DNA of 64,000 nt from Rhynchopus sp. YZ270_cl-10. Taxonomy: Eukaryota. A program made the translations under genes and the position numbers. Shown one piece after another: positions 12,501 through 26,226 of the stretch (position 1 is its first letter; every line of letters starts with the position of its first letter). The DNA is taken from contig OZ037842.1 in the NCBI GenBank assembly GCA_964035575.1, positions 1,550,001 to 1,614,000 on the forward strand, given 5' to 3'. The notes under the pieces were generated by a model that saw only the letters and a list, made by a program, of their open reading frames with translations, searched no databases and was not told the origin of the DNA.

Positions 12501-13030
12501 TTGTTTTGACAAAGAGTCAAAAATGCTGAGAAATATGCAAATAATTGGGTGTTCAAAAGGATAACCAACACCACCTCTTCGCTGATGGTGGATGTTTTAC
12601 GTATTTTTTTTTTTTTGTATAGGTGACCAGCAACGAGTCTTAGGTTCATCTTATATAAAATTTTTATCTTCAGTGCCTGAGCCCCCAGAGGATAGTTTGC
12701 ACTATCCACTTCACTTTTGACTTAGAGTGGTTGTTTCTGTTGCTCTTTCAGGAGCAGTGTGGTTGCAGTGTTGTTTGGACCTTAAAAAATTGAAAGTCGA
12801 GACGTCTGCTATGCAACTACACTACTCCAATATTATTTTTCAAAAAAAAAAAAAAAAAAAAGGAGTGAAAGAGGGTAGAACGGTGAACACCTTTTTTGAT
12901 AGTACAATACAATAAGCTTACCCTGGTAAAAATAATTGTTACGGTTTTTAGTTCTGACAAATTCAACTTCCAAACAAAACATTCAGAACATTATTTTACC
13001 ATGCGGGTCAAAATAAATTTAAATTTTGGA

Positions 13031-13486
<456 letters not shown>

Positions 13487-14544
13487 ATACTATGAAAGCA
13501 TATCACCATGTAATCAACCAAGGTGACCTATCCTGAAAGGCTTAGATCCATCTTATAAACTTTTTTTTTTGTCCCCCCCGCAATTTGAAGAAAATAAAAA
13601 TGTTCAAGTCTTTTGCAGTCTTGCCAAAAAAAATTCATCATTTCTTCAATTTCCCTATTCTTTTCCCCCCCTCCCTTAGAATGTATTTGATGTTTCTGCT
13701 GGCAGCACATACAGGAAGTCATTCCTCCCAGAAGAGAGTTGCTCGCACGGCAGAATTTGGAAGAAAAAAAAAAAGTTTCAAAGTTTTTTTTTACGCCCTC
13801 TTAGATATTTCAAAGCAATTTCACTAAAGTTTAGATGCCCCACTACGCCCCCCATGCCACCCTGTTTCCCCATTGTTCACCTTCAAAAAAAAAACAAAAA
13901 GCAAAAAAAAAAAAAACTGTAAACAAGAAAAATAACTGTGAAAACTTCGAAATGTGGCTCTCTTAATATCTGTTTTGTGTTCTGACTGAAGAGAGAGAGA
14001 GAGGAGAGTTTTTTTGCTGTCCTTCGATTTGCGCTCTTTTTAAAGATGTGAAAAAAAAAAAAAAAACAAATCATTGGCTGCTATCTTACGTAGTCTCGAA
14101 GCATTATACCAGTAGGTGTAAAGCGATTTTGTCGGTACAACAAAAACAGTGGAGATTGTACAACTGTGGCAACACAACCGAGGCATCTCCACTTCTCCAA
14201 CAATTTATCAAAAAAAAAAATATAGTGGAGCACACTCTAGGGTGGCTACACTAATACAACCAAGTTTTCAAAAAAAAAAAAAACAAATACAAACACAATA
14301 TGAGCTACCAGATCGCATTTTCCCCCGCTGTAAACAATGAGGTTGACACATAAAAGCAAAATACAAAAAAAAAACGCGTTTATGTTGCTCCACTTTCCCA
14401 TTTTTTTTCCTCTCACCCCCTCCACCTCCCCCCTTTTGAAAACCCCAAATCCACTCTTCACCCAGGACAAACCACCATATTGCACCCTATCACATAAATG
14501 GCCTAACAACCTGAAAAACCTTCTTTTTTTTTTTATCTTTAGCG

Positions 14545-17500
14545 ATGGCTGAGTACACTTTCTGGCTGCCTGTTTGCCTATTTTGCTCTGTTTTTCTTAC
14601 CCCAGCACTTTCCGTTTCATCCTGTCAGATCGGAACACCATCGTCATTGCATGTCTTCGAAGGCGATACCGTAGGGAAGGATATTTGCTGGACACATCAG
14701 TGCAGTAGATTTGCACAAATTAAATTATGGCACAACCTTCAAGGAGCGGACCTCTACAGCATACGGGTTAGTACCATAGAAGGGACGACTCTGGGTCGTG
14801 CAAGCAATATTGACTCTTTGTTCACCCAGCCTAACATCTTTGAGGTAAACGGCGCCTTCGCTATACACCATACCCCTCAAGGGGCCCTACAGACGCAGGA
14901 AATATACTACCTGGGGATGGAGATTGAGTGCATTGAGGAAGCCCCAATTGACACATCGTGCCAGGTTTTGGAGGATGTAGAAGGCTCGGTCGTGTTTTCT
15001 CAATCATCAACCAATTTTGGTGTAAAACGGTGCTGGACATTTGGCTCTTCTTGTGGGGAAATGCATTTTGCAGGGCAAACGGAGTTTATCAAGAAACCTC
15101 TCGGAGAGGGCTATCTGCATCTCGGGGTGCGTGGGGAAGGTGTGGCGGCGTCTCCAGGGGCGTTCCGTTATGAGCATCGTGGTGAGGTCGGGGATGTGAC
15201 AATAGTCTTGCAGCACCCTGAGCTCTTTTATACCGTTTTTGGCCAAGCTTTTGCCTTTGCTTATAATTGTAGTGGTGAGGCGACATTACCAAGTCTTACT
15301 CCTCCAGAGATTCCTTTTAGTTCATTTGAAAACTGTGCGGGGTAACTGCATTTCATAATGTGTTTGCATTGCAGTATGACAGTCAAATCGAGGAGACAAC
15401 CTGTTGGAATGCAGTTGCGAGCTGCTCTGGGGTTGTGTTGGTGGAGTTTTATTTGGATTTAGCTGAATTCGATGTGCTCAGTGTGTACAGTGATGGTGTG
15501 CTGGTCGATTCTTTGCAAGGAACTGCGCAGATCGCAGCACGCTACGCATCTAACAAGAGCGCCTTCACCTTCCACCTCTTTGCACCGCAGGCCCAGAGGG
15601 GTCTGTCTCACTTTGCGGCAACGGCACGATGCGTGCCAATAAGTATTCCTCAAAAAGCAGAGCAACACCAAGAATGCCAGGTCGCAGAGAAAGGGTACGC
15701 CGTGGCACGTTCGTTTTTGGGGTTTCCTGCGCATGATTTCAGATGCTACGAAGTGGTGTGCAGTGCAGTGATCATAACGCTCGATATTCAGCTCGGGGAG
15801 CAGACCCTCCAAATTGTCGACGGTGAAAGCAATGAGGTGGTGAAGAGCTTCACGGGTGTGCTGTCCGAACGGTTCAGCCTATCCTTTAACAGCACCTTCT
15901 ACGTCAGGGTGTCGAACCCTGATGGTGTGCGCGGCCACCACTACAACATTTCGTGGGAGTGCCCCGACCTCACCCCTCCGACGTTGACCCCATCTATCGG
16001 TAATGTGAACACCCCTTCGCCTCCTACCGCGTCACCTCCTTCTTTTGCACCTCCCTCTTTTTCACCTACTTCACCTTCTTCACCTGCTCCGGCTCCAACT
16101 CCACCATCGGTAAACTGTTTCGTGTTCGCCCCAGGTGGTGGTGGTGGTAATTTGTCTCAGGACGTAACAACGGCAGATGCTCTCTGCTGGGAGATGCAGT
16201 GCCCCTCGCGCCACACAATGGTCGTGCAGTACGTGGTAGCGTTGTTGCGTGATCAGAGCGTTGCGCTGAACAGCTTTGTTATAACGGGGTATCGTTCTGA
16301 AAAGGTTGTGTTCACAGAGGGGACGTTGTCTGTGGTGTACCGCCCTGGGTATGTCGACAGCGTGCTGAAGACGTCCTTCTCTTTGCAGTGGGCTTGCGAG
16401 GATCAAGCCAACACCCCAGCACCCACCTCAGGAAGAGACGGGGGCTGCACCAGCATTGCGGTGGGGGACCAATCAGGCTCGCGCCGGGTGTACCTCGACC
16501 ATGGACAGAACATTGTGGAGAGACAGTGCTGGTCGACACAGTGTTCCCTTCCGGGGGACACCTTCGAGCTGAGTGCAGTCATTGCAGGACACATCAGTCT
16601 CTTTGTACTTAAGGACAACAATATACATGAACATTTTGACGAACCTTCAACCGGCACACAACGCAACTGGCCTTCCCAGGGAAGCATTTTCACGATGGAA
16701 ATCAACTCAACGGGGGAGTCAGGCTCTGTCTGGTTTGGGTGGAGGTGCTTCCTCGAACGGACCCCTTTTCCAGACACACTTACCCCACCTGCACCGAAAC
16801 CGTACTCTTGGTGTAGCATCGATGAGGACTGTCGCACATTAGGTGACACCACTGCATCCTGCAGCGCGACGAAATGCATCTGCACGGAAAGATCCCCCCA
16901 CAGCAACCCTATCCACGAAGGGGAGGTCAACTACATTTGTGTCGACACTACGGTGCGTCCGATGACTCTGTGGTTTGAGTGGGGTGCGGTGAGTTCTGCG
17001 GAATCAGGAGATTCCTCTTCTTGCGCCACGTTGACAGCCTTTTTTATTGAAAATGAGGCAAAAATTCGGGACGCAGTGCAAGCCGACACCCCTGATGCAA
17101 CCCCCTCTGTTTCCTGCACAGATGTCAACGGCGGCCACATCGTTACCCTCCAAGCAAAGCAAAGCCTCCACCAGGTTAACATCCTACGCTTAGAAGAACG
17201 TTTTGCAGAGGTTCCTGGTACAGAAGCGCTGCCTCCCTTGGCTGGGGCAGGGGTCACCCAGGTAGACGAAGGGTCCTGTCGAGGGGACGGCATCCTCCAC
17301 GCTGCAAAGACATCAGGGGGTTGTGTCTCCCTTGAATGTCAGAACGGCTATTCCTTAGAATCAGGCCAATGTGTGGCCCCATCTACCGCGAACCCCACCG
17401 GTGTGCCTACCCCAGCTACTACCGCAATCCCGACAGGAAGTGGTACTGTGAGCCCCGAAGAAGAAACGTCCGGTGGTTCTGTGAACATTGCAGTGATCGT

Positions 17501-17696
17501 GGGGGCAATAGTGGGTTCGGTTGTGCTTATTGTTCTTGTAGTAGTGGGGGTGGTGTGTGTGTGCAAAAGGAGGGGGCGAGGGAAAGGGGAAAAGGCAAAG
17601 CAATCCGTTGCAAAAGACCTAGAATCTCATGAACCCACATCAGACTTAAGTAAGGTGAAGGGCCTGGGCGGGGGTGACAATGTGAAAGAAATTTGA
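14545..17696 (+). CDS. Type I membrane protein with tandem CUB-like domains, Pro/Thr linkers and an EGF-like segment; one frameshift at ~15341
   Basis: Signal peptide, repeated C-x(20-26)-CW/Y modules, C-terminal TM 'IAVIVGAIVGSVVLIVLVVVGVVCVC' followed by basic residues. ORFs 14545-15345 and 15360-17696 join by a -1 shift at the GGGG run. Confidence 0.75.
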
Positions 17697-19671
17697 AAGA
17701 AACAAATCCCCTACGATTTTGGGTAACATTGTAAATTTTTTTTGAAGGTGGCTAAGCAGAAGAGGCTTAAGATCTTCTTACTAGCTTTTCTTTTTTAAAC
17801 GTCTCAAATAGTGAACAAATTCCCCCATTTTTTCTTTTTAGAAAGCAAGTTAATGTGGTAAAAAGTGAGTGGCAGGTAAAAACCTTTTCGTAAAAGCCCC
17901 TTACGACTAAGGCCGTGGCAGGGCATTACGTTCCTGTCTATATCTCTATCACAGTTTTTAGAAAGCAAATAAAGTAAAATTGGTACGCGTCACAGTGAAG
18001 ATTGCACAACTGTGACAACACAACCGAGGCAACTACACTACTCCAACAATTTATCAGAAAAAAAACAAAGTTGACATTATAGGGCCTTGTGGAGAGAATT
18101 CGGTGGTTCAAGATACTATATTCGTGTTTCAAGCAGATCTTAGAGTGTTTTATGTACTTCTGCCTCTCTTCATCGTGGAGACAAGTTCACTAATAATCCC
18201 ACAGGCTCGTTTGTGTGCTAGTGAGCTACAAAACTAACGCACAAAAAAAAAAAAAAAAAAACAAAAAAAAAAGTTGCTCGATTCATAGCGTCGTGCAATA
18301 TTGGCAAACCCCCGCTACACACAGCTCTCCCCAAGGGCTGGAGGGGGTGGTATCCAAAAAAAAAAGGCGATTTATTCGTTAAATAAATACGTACGCCGTC
18401 GTGTTTCATCCACGCTCAGCTCATCTGTGTCAGTACCAACCCCACATCGTCCCTGAGTCTAAGTAACCGATATGTATTACAAAAATTCCCCTTGAAAATT
18501 TTTTCAGTAAGTGTGCGTGATGCATATTTCAGCTTTTTCTTCAAGGTGACTAAGCGTGAGAGAATAATCTAATCAGACTAAGCGTGAGAGGCTTAGGATG
18601 TGTATGCACGCGAGGCATATTCATTTTGCAGCTTTCTCTCTCTCTCTCTCTGCCCTCAGGATGCACCGGAGTACAAGGTGCTTTCCTTTAATATTTTTTT
18701 CCACCTTCATTTTTGTTTGTGTTTGAGACCTTCGGTTGGTTAATTTTTTTTTGTTGTTGGGGAGAGCAATTTTCCCTCTTCAGACCATTTCGCGGAGTAT
18801 TGTACCGCCAGTTTCTATCTATTGTAACCGTAACATATAGCAGACCGTACCAATGTTCCACGCTCCCCAAAACTGAAAATGTTCACGGTCCACATTACTT
18901 ACGGTCCACTATTACAGTTACGGTATTTCCTGTCACATGGTGCGTGAGGCAATCATACTCCACCACCTATCTTTTATTGACTAAGCACAGGCTTAGGATA
19001 ATCTTGTAAACTTTTCTCCATTCTTTTGAGATGTCAGTGCCTGCGGTCTGCCGATGCACGGTGAGGCGTTTGCACTTTTTCAGCTTTTTTTTCTTCAACT
19101 TCATTTGTGGTTATTTATGGTGCGCAGCAATGCACGGCACTTTATATGAATATACCGCATCAGCTTTCGCAATCCTTTCCAGTGTAGCACGCAAGCAACG
19201 AGATAAACTTATTTTCTAGCAGGTGACTTCCTTTGTGTTGTCACAAGAGTTGCATTGTGTTCATCAAACGAACGAAAACAACTGAAAGCTCCTTATACGT
19301 TACGTTATGTTTCAAACTGAATCACACCCCCTCTCGTGGGTCTGGGTACCCAGAAAAAAAAATACTCAAAAAGTGTTTACGACTGATACCCGTGGATATC
19401 GTAAATGAGTATTAGTTCCTTATTGTCATTCCCCAAACAACCTTTTTTTTTTGATCACTTTTTTTATTTTCAGCACGCATCTCTACAGTGCGTTTTCCAC
19501 AACTCTGCCCCCTTCTTTTTTCTCTCCTGAACATGAAAACACATCCCCTCTTCCCCAACACTTTTACCCATTTACGACAAGGTTGCATTCCCCTGCAATC
19601 TTCCTCTTTCCCTGACCACCCCATCACCCCATCACCCACCACCCACCCTATCCCAAAAGAAGAATAGGAAG

Positions 19672-21282
19672 ATGTCCACACCGCATGCAACAGGCACCGT
19701 AGTCGTTGCGGGAGATGGGGGGCTCCTGACGTTTGGGCTTGCGTATTTTTTGAAAAGGGGTGGTTGGGAGAACGTTGTGCTTGTGGGGGAGGAGAGACCG
19801 CATGAGAGCGCGCATATTCAGGGGGTCGTGGATGTGCATCCACCACGGGTGCATCGACGTGAGAACACAGCAAGTTTGTTTCAGCATGTGTGGTTTGGGG
19901 CGTTGCAGAAGATGCTGAAGACTGCAACACCACCGCAGCGGATTGAGATTAACCAGGGTGCGTACTGGAATCCGTTGTTCTGGAATTGGGGGGTTCGCAT
20001 GCTGTTCTGCACGAGAGAAACGCAGCTGGATGTGGCGGACATACACCATGCAAAGCTTCTTCAGGGACAACAGAAGATCTACGAGGACATGGCAGCAGAG
20101 CTCTCACCTGGTCCATTGAAACGGATCAGCGCAAACGTGACGGACCTCTTCTTTGACCGTGGCTCCTTTGCGGTGCAGCGTTTCCTTCTCGTATCCTTGG
20201 CGAAGGAGAAGCTGAAGTACGACCTCATAGGATCGAAGGGGAAGACCAACACAGGGGACCACTACCCTACACTGTACCGTGCGAAGCAGCATATTCGTGG
20301 TGCGTTAGAGTACTCAAGCTGCCCGCAGTTTCATATGTCGTCGTTGTCGGCGAGGCTGGCGGAGTACTGTACTCAAAAGTGGGGAACCCAAATCAAACGG
20401 ATTCCATCCAATGTAACCTCCTTCAACCTTGCATCGGAAGGCGCAAAGCGGGTGGAAGCAGTGGTGCTCGAGAATGGAGAGGTTGTGGCGTGCGATGCAG
20501 TGGTGCTTGCAAACGGTGGTGGCATCGTGTCGCTGCTGCACAAAGCAGGGTGTTATTTGCTGCCGCCGTTATACGAGGTATGCCTACACAAAACCAAAAG
20601 AAAGTTCAACAATTTATCAACAATTTTTTCTTTTGAAACTACACCATCATACAGGGTACTGCATACAGCATGGATGTCGACACAACACGAGAGTACCGAA
20701 CCGGTGGCATCCCTGACCGGAGTCTCAACCTCGAGCACGACATCTTCATCACCAGAGAAGACGGTACTGACAAGGCACGCATCTCAGGGATGATCACCTT
20801 TGGCGACTACGAGTATGCAAATGAATCTTTTTGCGTTTGTCGTGCAACAACACACCCAAACAGGAACACACCTAGCTTCAAGGAAACCGAGTCAGCGGAG
20901 TTGAAGAAGTCGGTATGGCTCTTACAAATTATTTTTCCACAATTTGTTTTCAGTTTTATAAATAACCCCCCCACAGGTGTACACTCGCTTCTGCAACCAG
21001 TTGGATAAGTACTGTCTTATCGAGAAAATGCATATCGATGAGGAAGCGACATACGTAGATGCAATGTCGCTTACTGCAGACAGTGTGCCGCTGATCGGGA
21101 GGATACGCGAAAAGGGCCGTTTCTTGACAAGGCCTAACAACGTATACGTGTGTGGTGGGCTTGGCCAGTCAGGTGTCCACATTGCGCTCTCCTCCGCAAA
21201 GCTTCTCTCTGAGATCAGCACCGGTGGTACACCCTCTCTCGCAGAGCACTTCAGCCCAGAACGTTTCTGGCTTAGTGCTTGA
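19672..21282 (+). CDS. FAD-dependent D-amino acid dehydrogenase/oxidase-like (DAO family); exons 19672-20577, 20655-20812, 20864-20912, 20977-21282
   Basis: N-terminal 'VVVAGDGGLLTFGLAYFL', 'CDAVVLANG', 'YEGTAYSM', 'DSVPLIG', 'CGGLGQSG..IALSSAKLL'. Three GTATG...ACAG introns restore the frame. Confidence 0.8.
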
Positions 21283-21799
21283 GAGGGTGTGTATATGGGG
21301 GGTAAACAAAATATAAAAGCTCAAGCAGTGGAGAGAAATGACCATTTTGAACAACATTATTTTTCTTCTCCCTAACGGGGTTTGATAACCCCACGGAGTG
21401 TCAGTGCTTGCGTCTCAGTGTTTGCATCAACTTCACCTTTTTTTTTTTGGAATTTGGAGCTGAAGCTCACCAAAAAAAAGAAAACGTTGGGGTGGGGTGG
21501 GGTGGGGCGGGGTGGGGTAAAATAACCTGGGGGGAGAATTCTTGAGGGAATCTTGTCCACCCTGTCACAAAAGAAAAAACGGACCCACCTCTCACCGAGC
21601 TCTTTTTCCCCTATCTCCTACCCTTCAACATTTCTCCAGATATTCTCCCATCCCACCCTCATCCCCGCCCCCCACTTCTAACCCTCCAATTTGATTCTCC
21701 TTCCGACTGCCCCTCCACTCAACGTTATTTCCTTATTGAGTTTCTCTCTCACTTTCCTTTGGGTCTCAAAAACTCAATAAACAACATACCACAACGCCT

Positions 21800-24700
21800 A
21801 TGAGGATAAAGCATGCGTCGTTCCAATCTGTGGCAGAAGGTTCAGTGAAGGTGATAGAAGACGTAGAGGAAGCTGGTGAAACCGAACTTGGTGGTGATCT
21901 CCTTGAGGAGATCCCTTTGAAGCAACAGTTTGTGTCTGTACGTGATGTTGTCTCCGGAATTGTTCAGGCCGGGTTGGGGGACAGCCTGAAGCTCATCGCA
22001 CATAGTCGGGAAGAGTTGAACCTAATATTCCAATGCTTGAAGGGAGATATTGGGTCGACATTGCTTGCTTTTGAAAGTACTATTCCTGAGGATACGTTGC
22101 AATATGACACAACGTTTGACGATGAAAACGATGTTGACAAGAAAATGAACAATCTTCGTGCAGACCTTTCGTTGGCGCAGCGGAATGTTGATATGTTGCG
22201 ACGTATTCAGCAGACGCTTACGAAGCAGATTCTTGCGCGAGACGCATCGATCCATCAGGTCAAGAGTACACTGTGGAGGCATATTTGTATGTTAAAGTTT
22301 CAGCTCCGTCAGGCCTACGATGCCGCTCAAGGAGGGAACAGTTTTCATATTCATCCGTGCGCATTCGACCATATGACTGTCATCGCTGAGACCGGTGAAG
22401 CATCACAAAACCTCATGCAAGGCCTCCTCTCCGAACACGACAAACACTGCCATTCAGTTCTACAAGATTTAGAGGACAGCATGAACCGTTTAGTCCTAGA
22501 GACCACCCGAGGCAAGCAAAACTCAATAAATAAGAAAGAATTAGAAGAAAAAATGAAGTTTTTCGAAAAAGAGTACCACAGAGAACATGCACAGGTAAAA
22601 GAAACTCTTGCCAACACCGAGCAGGAGCTGGAACAGATTCATGCGGAGAACCATGCGTACCACAGACAGCTTTTTGGGAAGGACGCGGATTTCACTTTTG
22701 TGCTGGAACGCAGCCGCTTTGAAGTGGAGGCGGATTGTCTGCGGCAGACGATCGTTGAGGTGGAGGCAGCAAGCGCAGAGGGGCTGCTTCTGTACCACAC
22801 CATGGGCACTGCACTATGCGAACAAAAACTGTTGACCCAACACGAATGCAACCGAAAACATGACTACCTTGAGCACATGAACGACATAGACAGACGTGAA
22901 TACAAACCTGTCAAACAAGACGTTTTCTTGGGCACATTACAAGAAGATGAAGCGCTATTTACCCGCATGGACGTCACTCTGCGTGGCGACCGTGGTGATG
23001 CAGGGGAAGTCCCGCATGACCGAGAATCCTTTATGCTGGATGGGGTGTGCCTGCCGCAGAACCCTTTACTGGAGGTGGGTGCAGATGAGGATGCGTTCTT
23101 TGTGTTGGAGGTTGGTCTGTACAAAGGTGAAGAAAGGATTTCCACAGTCTCTGCGCTGAAGGCAGAAGGGTACGTCGAAGGGCCGGAATGCGGACGGATC
23201 GCAGAGCTGTTAGAAGCGGCGGGAATCGCATCAAATCTTCCAAAACCACGCAAGCTGACACCAGAATTTGAGGACCGAAGCTCCGAAGGCATTCCTGCAC
23301 AACACGACGTTTTCGACTTCCGATTGAACATAAAACCTACGAGTCTTGCTCATCAAATGGGCATCAAATCTACATGCGATGCAGGCTATTCTGGGAGCGA
23401 CGAAAACAAAGACGGGACTCACTACGAATACCATGCAAAGGGCGCACCCAAAAACAAAAAACCTCGGTTCAAGGCAGGACGTCGCACGAAACGTGCTTTG
23501 TCATATGACAGATCTGACTTGAAGGTTCTTGTACCGCCTGGGTCCGATGCCGACTCCGCGGAAGACATCCCCCTTGATAACGCGAAGCACCACGCAGTTC
23601 TGCAGGATCGCGCAAAGTCTCTTGGTCATATGAAGCCCAAGGTGGAGGCGGTGTGCGTGACTGCGAAGCAGCAGAAGCGGCGCAAGCAACCTCACACATA
23701 CACACCTCAGCGCCACGCACACAGCATACCCTCTCCTACAGAAGACAGCAGCATCCACTCATGGGCCTCCAGCGAAGTCCAAGACACTACAAAGCCCGCC
23801 CTCCCCCCTACATCACCACAGCATCTTTCACCGGTTCACCATGAAAAGATGGCAACGCAACAGTTTGGCTCTCTCTACCGTCCTACGTACAACACAAAGG
23901 AACGCACCCCAGCACCACCACAGGCAGCGGCTCCTTCGCAGGAGACTCTTCAGAAGACACCTACGCTACGTCTCAACCAGCGCACCATCAATAGGCAACC
24001 ACGTGAACGTGAAGAAATATCGCCTTTAGATAGACAGATGAGTGTCAGGCAGGAGGTGCAGAGGGCTCCATCAAAACGTAATCTTACGAAAGGGGAGCGC
24101 CGTGGGGCTGATGAGAGTCCGACAAGTAAAGGGGGTGGTGGTGGTGGTGGTGGAGGCATCGAACGAAGTGAAACCCGGCGTGCCCCACCGCAGTCCTTCG
24201 CGCATGCAAAGGGGCTTCTCCAGAAGCATGTCACAAAGAGGAGGATTCCGCCCCCAGAAACGTCCCCCACACAGACCTCCGATTCGTACCTAGAGTTCCA
24301 GCAGAACACCCCCTTCATGGTGGACAATGAAGAGCGCAGTAACATCCAGGATTGCTGTTCCCAAGGGTTCTCGGACAGCCAAGGGGAGAGCTCAGAGGAA
24401 GGGGAGCAAAGCTTTTCCAAAAACCCGCGAAAAAAGGAGGAACAGCAATCAAAGCTGAAGCGTGGTTTGAAGAAGATGGCGTCGGAGGTGAGTCTCAAGG
24501 CGGCGCGATCGGAAGTGGGGAGGGCATTAATGAATAACGGCTTGGTTTCGTGGAGGAACAGAGTCAACCATGCGCAGGCAGGCATCCCAGCACCTCCACT
24601 GTCACCGCGATCCATCACACAAACAATCGAAACCAATGCTGACGCAGTCTCCGAATCAATCGCATGCATACCACAGTCCGCCCGCTCATCCCCACGCCAC

Positions 24701-25573
24701 AAAACCGAATCCGTGCATATGATGCACGAAATGCACGAAATGCAAAACGAAATCCAGCGCCTCATGTCCTTTAAAAAATCATTCCGAAAGGAAGCACGCC
24801 AGCTCTCCTGTGTTAGCATTGACTTCACTAACTTGACGCGCAACGAACAAATCGCCCGGGTTCTGGTAGAGTTAAAGGCACTAAAAACTTCTGGCGTCAA
24901 AGGACTCACTTCTGCGATCATAACGTTGACCAGGCTTTTAATGGGGAAACCCGACCTCATCCGCGAAGTTGCACAGGAAGACGAATCATGCGAACGGGAG
25001 TCAGTCTTCCTGCCAATGAAAGCACCGTCCATGGCGTTTGACGACACACAGTCTGCTGCTTCGAGACAAGAGACCGGGTCTTTGGCGAAGAAGTGGCATG
25101 CCACGTGCAGCAGCATTGCATCTCTTAAGCAGAGCAGAGAAGGGGACCCGCCGCCTTATGCTCCTCCCATGGGCGGGTTCACAGCGGCAGGCGAACGCAA
25201 TGCAGGAAAGGGTGCGTCTGGTGCAGATGGCATGAGACGGCTGCAGCGTATGGCGCTTGGCTCGCCTGCATTGCTGGTAGATGAGGGTGGGGGTGGAGGT
25301 GGCTCGGCTGTGTCCCCTGGTCCACGGGTGCTTTCGAGTTGTCCAGGGGCGATTCTGTCGTTGCTCCCGGAAGGTGCGTGCGGTGGGCGTTCCCCCGAGC
25401 CACCGCAGTCGCCGCGTGACCGTCCTTCGCGTGTGACAAAGCCTTCCTCCACACCTGTCTTCAGAACAGCTCCAAGCATGCCCTCAAAAACCACCGCCTC
25501 CCCCATGTTCCAAGTTTCGTCGAATAAATGGCGGATCCTCCGCAACGGTGATTCCATTAATGAAGTTGTTTGA
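21800..25573 (+). CDS. Hypothetical protein, N-terminal coiled coil and long low-complexity/disordered region
   Basis: 1257-aa ORF preceded by a pyrimidine/CA-rich leader; no recognised domain. Confidence 0.75.
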   Translation: MRIKHASFQSVAEGSVKVIEDVEEAGETELGGDLLEEIPLKQQFVSVRDVVSGIVQAGLGDSLKLIAHSREELNLIFQCLKGDIGSTLLAFESTIPEDTLQYDTTFDDENDVDKKMNNLRADLSLAQRNVDMLRRIQQTLTKQILARDASIHQVKSTLWRHICMLKFQLRQAYDAAQGGNSFHIHPCAFDHMTVIAETGEASQNLMQGLLSEHDKHCHSVLQDLEDSMNRLVLETTRGKQNSINKKELEEKMKFFEKEYHREHAQVKETLANTEQELEQIHAENHAYHRQLFGKDADFTFVLERSRFEVEADCLRQTIVEVEAASAEGLLLYHTMGTALCEQKLLTQHECNRKHDYLEHMNDIDRREYKPVKQDVFLGTLQEDEALFTRMDVTLRGDRGDAGEVPHDRESFMLDGVCLPQNPLLEVGADEDAFFVLEVGLYKGEERISTVSALKAEGYVEGPECGRIAELLEAAGIASNLPKPRKLTPEFEDRSSEGIPAQHDVFDFRLNIKPTSLAHQMGIKSTCDAGYSGSDENKDGTHYEYHAKGAPKNKKPRFKAGRRTKRALSYDRSDLKVLVPPGSDADSAEDIPLDNAKHHAVLQDRAKSLGHMKPKVEAVCVTAKQQKRRKQPHTYTPQRHAHSIPSPTEDSSIHSWASSEVQDTTKPALPPTSPQHLSPVHHEKMATQQFGSLYRPTYNTKERTPAPPQAAAPSQETLQKTPTLRLNQRTINRQPREREEISPLDRQMSVRQEVQRAPSKRNLTKGERRGADESPTSKGGGGGGGGGIERSETRRAPPQSFAHAKGLLQKHVTKRRIPPPETSPTQTSDSYLEFQQNTPFMVDNEERSNIQDCCSQGFSDSQGESSEEGEQSFSKNPRKKEEQQSKLKRGLKKMASEVSLKAARSEVGRALMNNGLVSWRNRVNHAQAGIPAPPLSPRSITQTIETNADAVSESIACIPQSARSSPRHKTESVHMMHEMHEMQNEIQRLMSFKKSFRKEARQLSCVSIDFTNLTRNEQIARVLVELKALKTSGVKGLTSAIITLTRLLMGKPDLIREVAQEDESCERESVFLPMKAPSMAFDDTQSAASRQETGSLAKKWHATCSSIASLKQSREGDPPPYAPPMGGFTAAGERNAGKGASGADGMRRLQRMALGSPALLVDEGGGGGGSAVSPGPRVLSSCPGAILSLLPEGACGGRSPEPPQSPRDRPSRVTKPSSTPVFRTAPSMPSKTTASPMFQVSSNKWRILRNGDSINEVV

Positions 25574-26087
25574 GGGAAAGTGAGAGTTTGAGGTGGTTGA
25601 GATAAAAAGAAGTTGGGGTCACTTTGTCTCAACTTTTTCTGTGTTTTTAAAGATGTGTGCATGAGAGGCACGTTCATCTTGCAAGTGTCAAGTGTTCTAT
25701 TTGTTTTGCTATGCCGACTTCACAGTTGGGGAAAATTCCCCCCAAAAAATATCGTTTCACAACGAATGGGGTTCTTTTTTGCAGGGTCAGGGTTGTCTCG
25801 ACTATCGTGCATCAAGGTTTCCGTGAGAGAAATGTTCCACAAAAGAAGCCCCGTTCCATGCCCTCTCTTTTTTCTTCCTTTTTTTTACACCGTTTTCAGA
25901 AATTTTGTGTTTTTTTTGGCAAAACAATTTCCACTCCACTAATTTAATTGAGTAAAAATATGGTGGACTCAGCGGAGGTCAGGCCCAGCGGATCTAATTT
26001 TACTAATCTTTAGTAAAACTTTGGAATTGTGTTCGCGCGCGCGAAGCGCGCGGGGAAATTTTTTTGTGCATAGTTTTCATACTTCGG

Positions 26088-26182
26088 AGTCCGCCTGAGT
26101 CCGCCCTGAGTTGAGACGGACTATGGCGGACTTTGAAAGTCCGCCATAGTCCGCCAAAACTCGGGCGGACTTGAGGCGGACT
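26088..26182. repeat. ~95-bp imperfect palindrome built from AGTCCGCC/GGCGGACT units
   Basis: Core GGACTATGGCGGACTTT-G-AAAGTCCGCCATAGTCC is a perfect 17-bp stem; arms extend outward with mismatches. Confidence 0.85.
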
Positions 26183-26226
26183 TGAGACGGACGGCAGAAG
26201 TACACCCTTACACACCACAGTGCACA

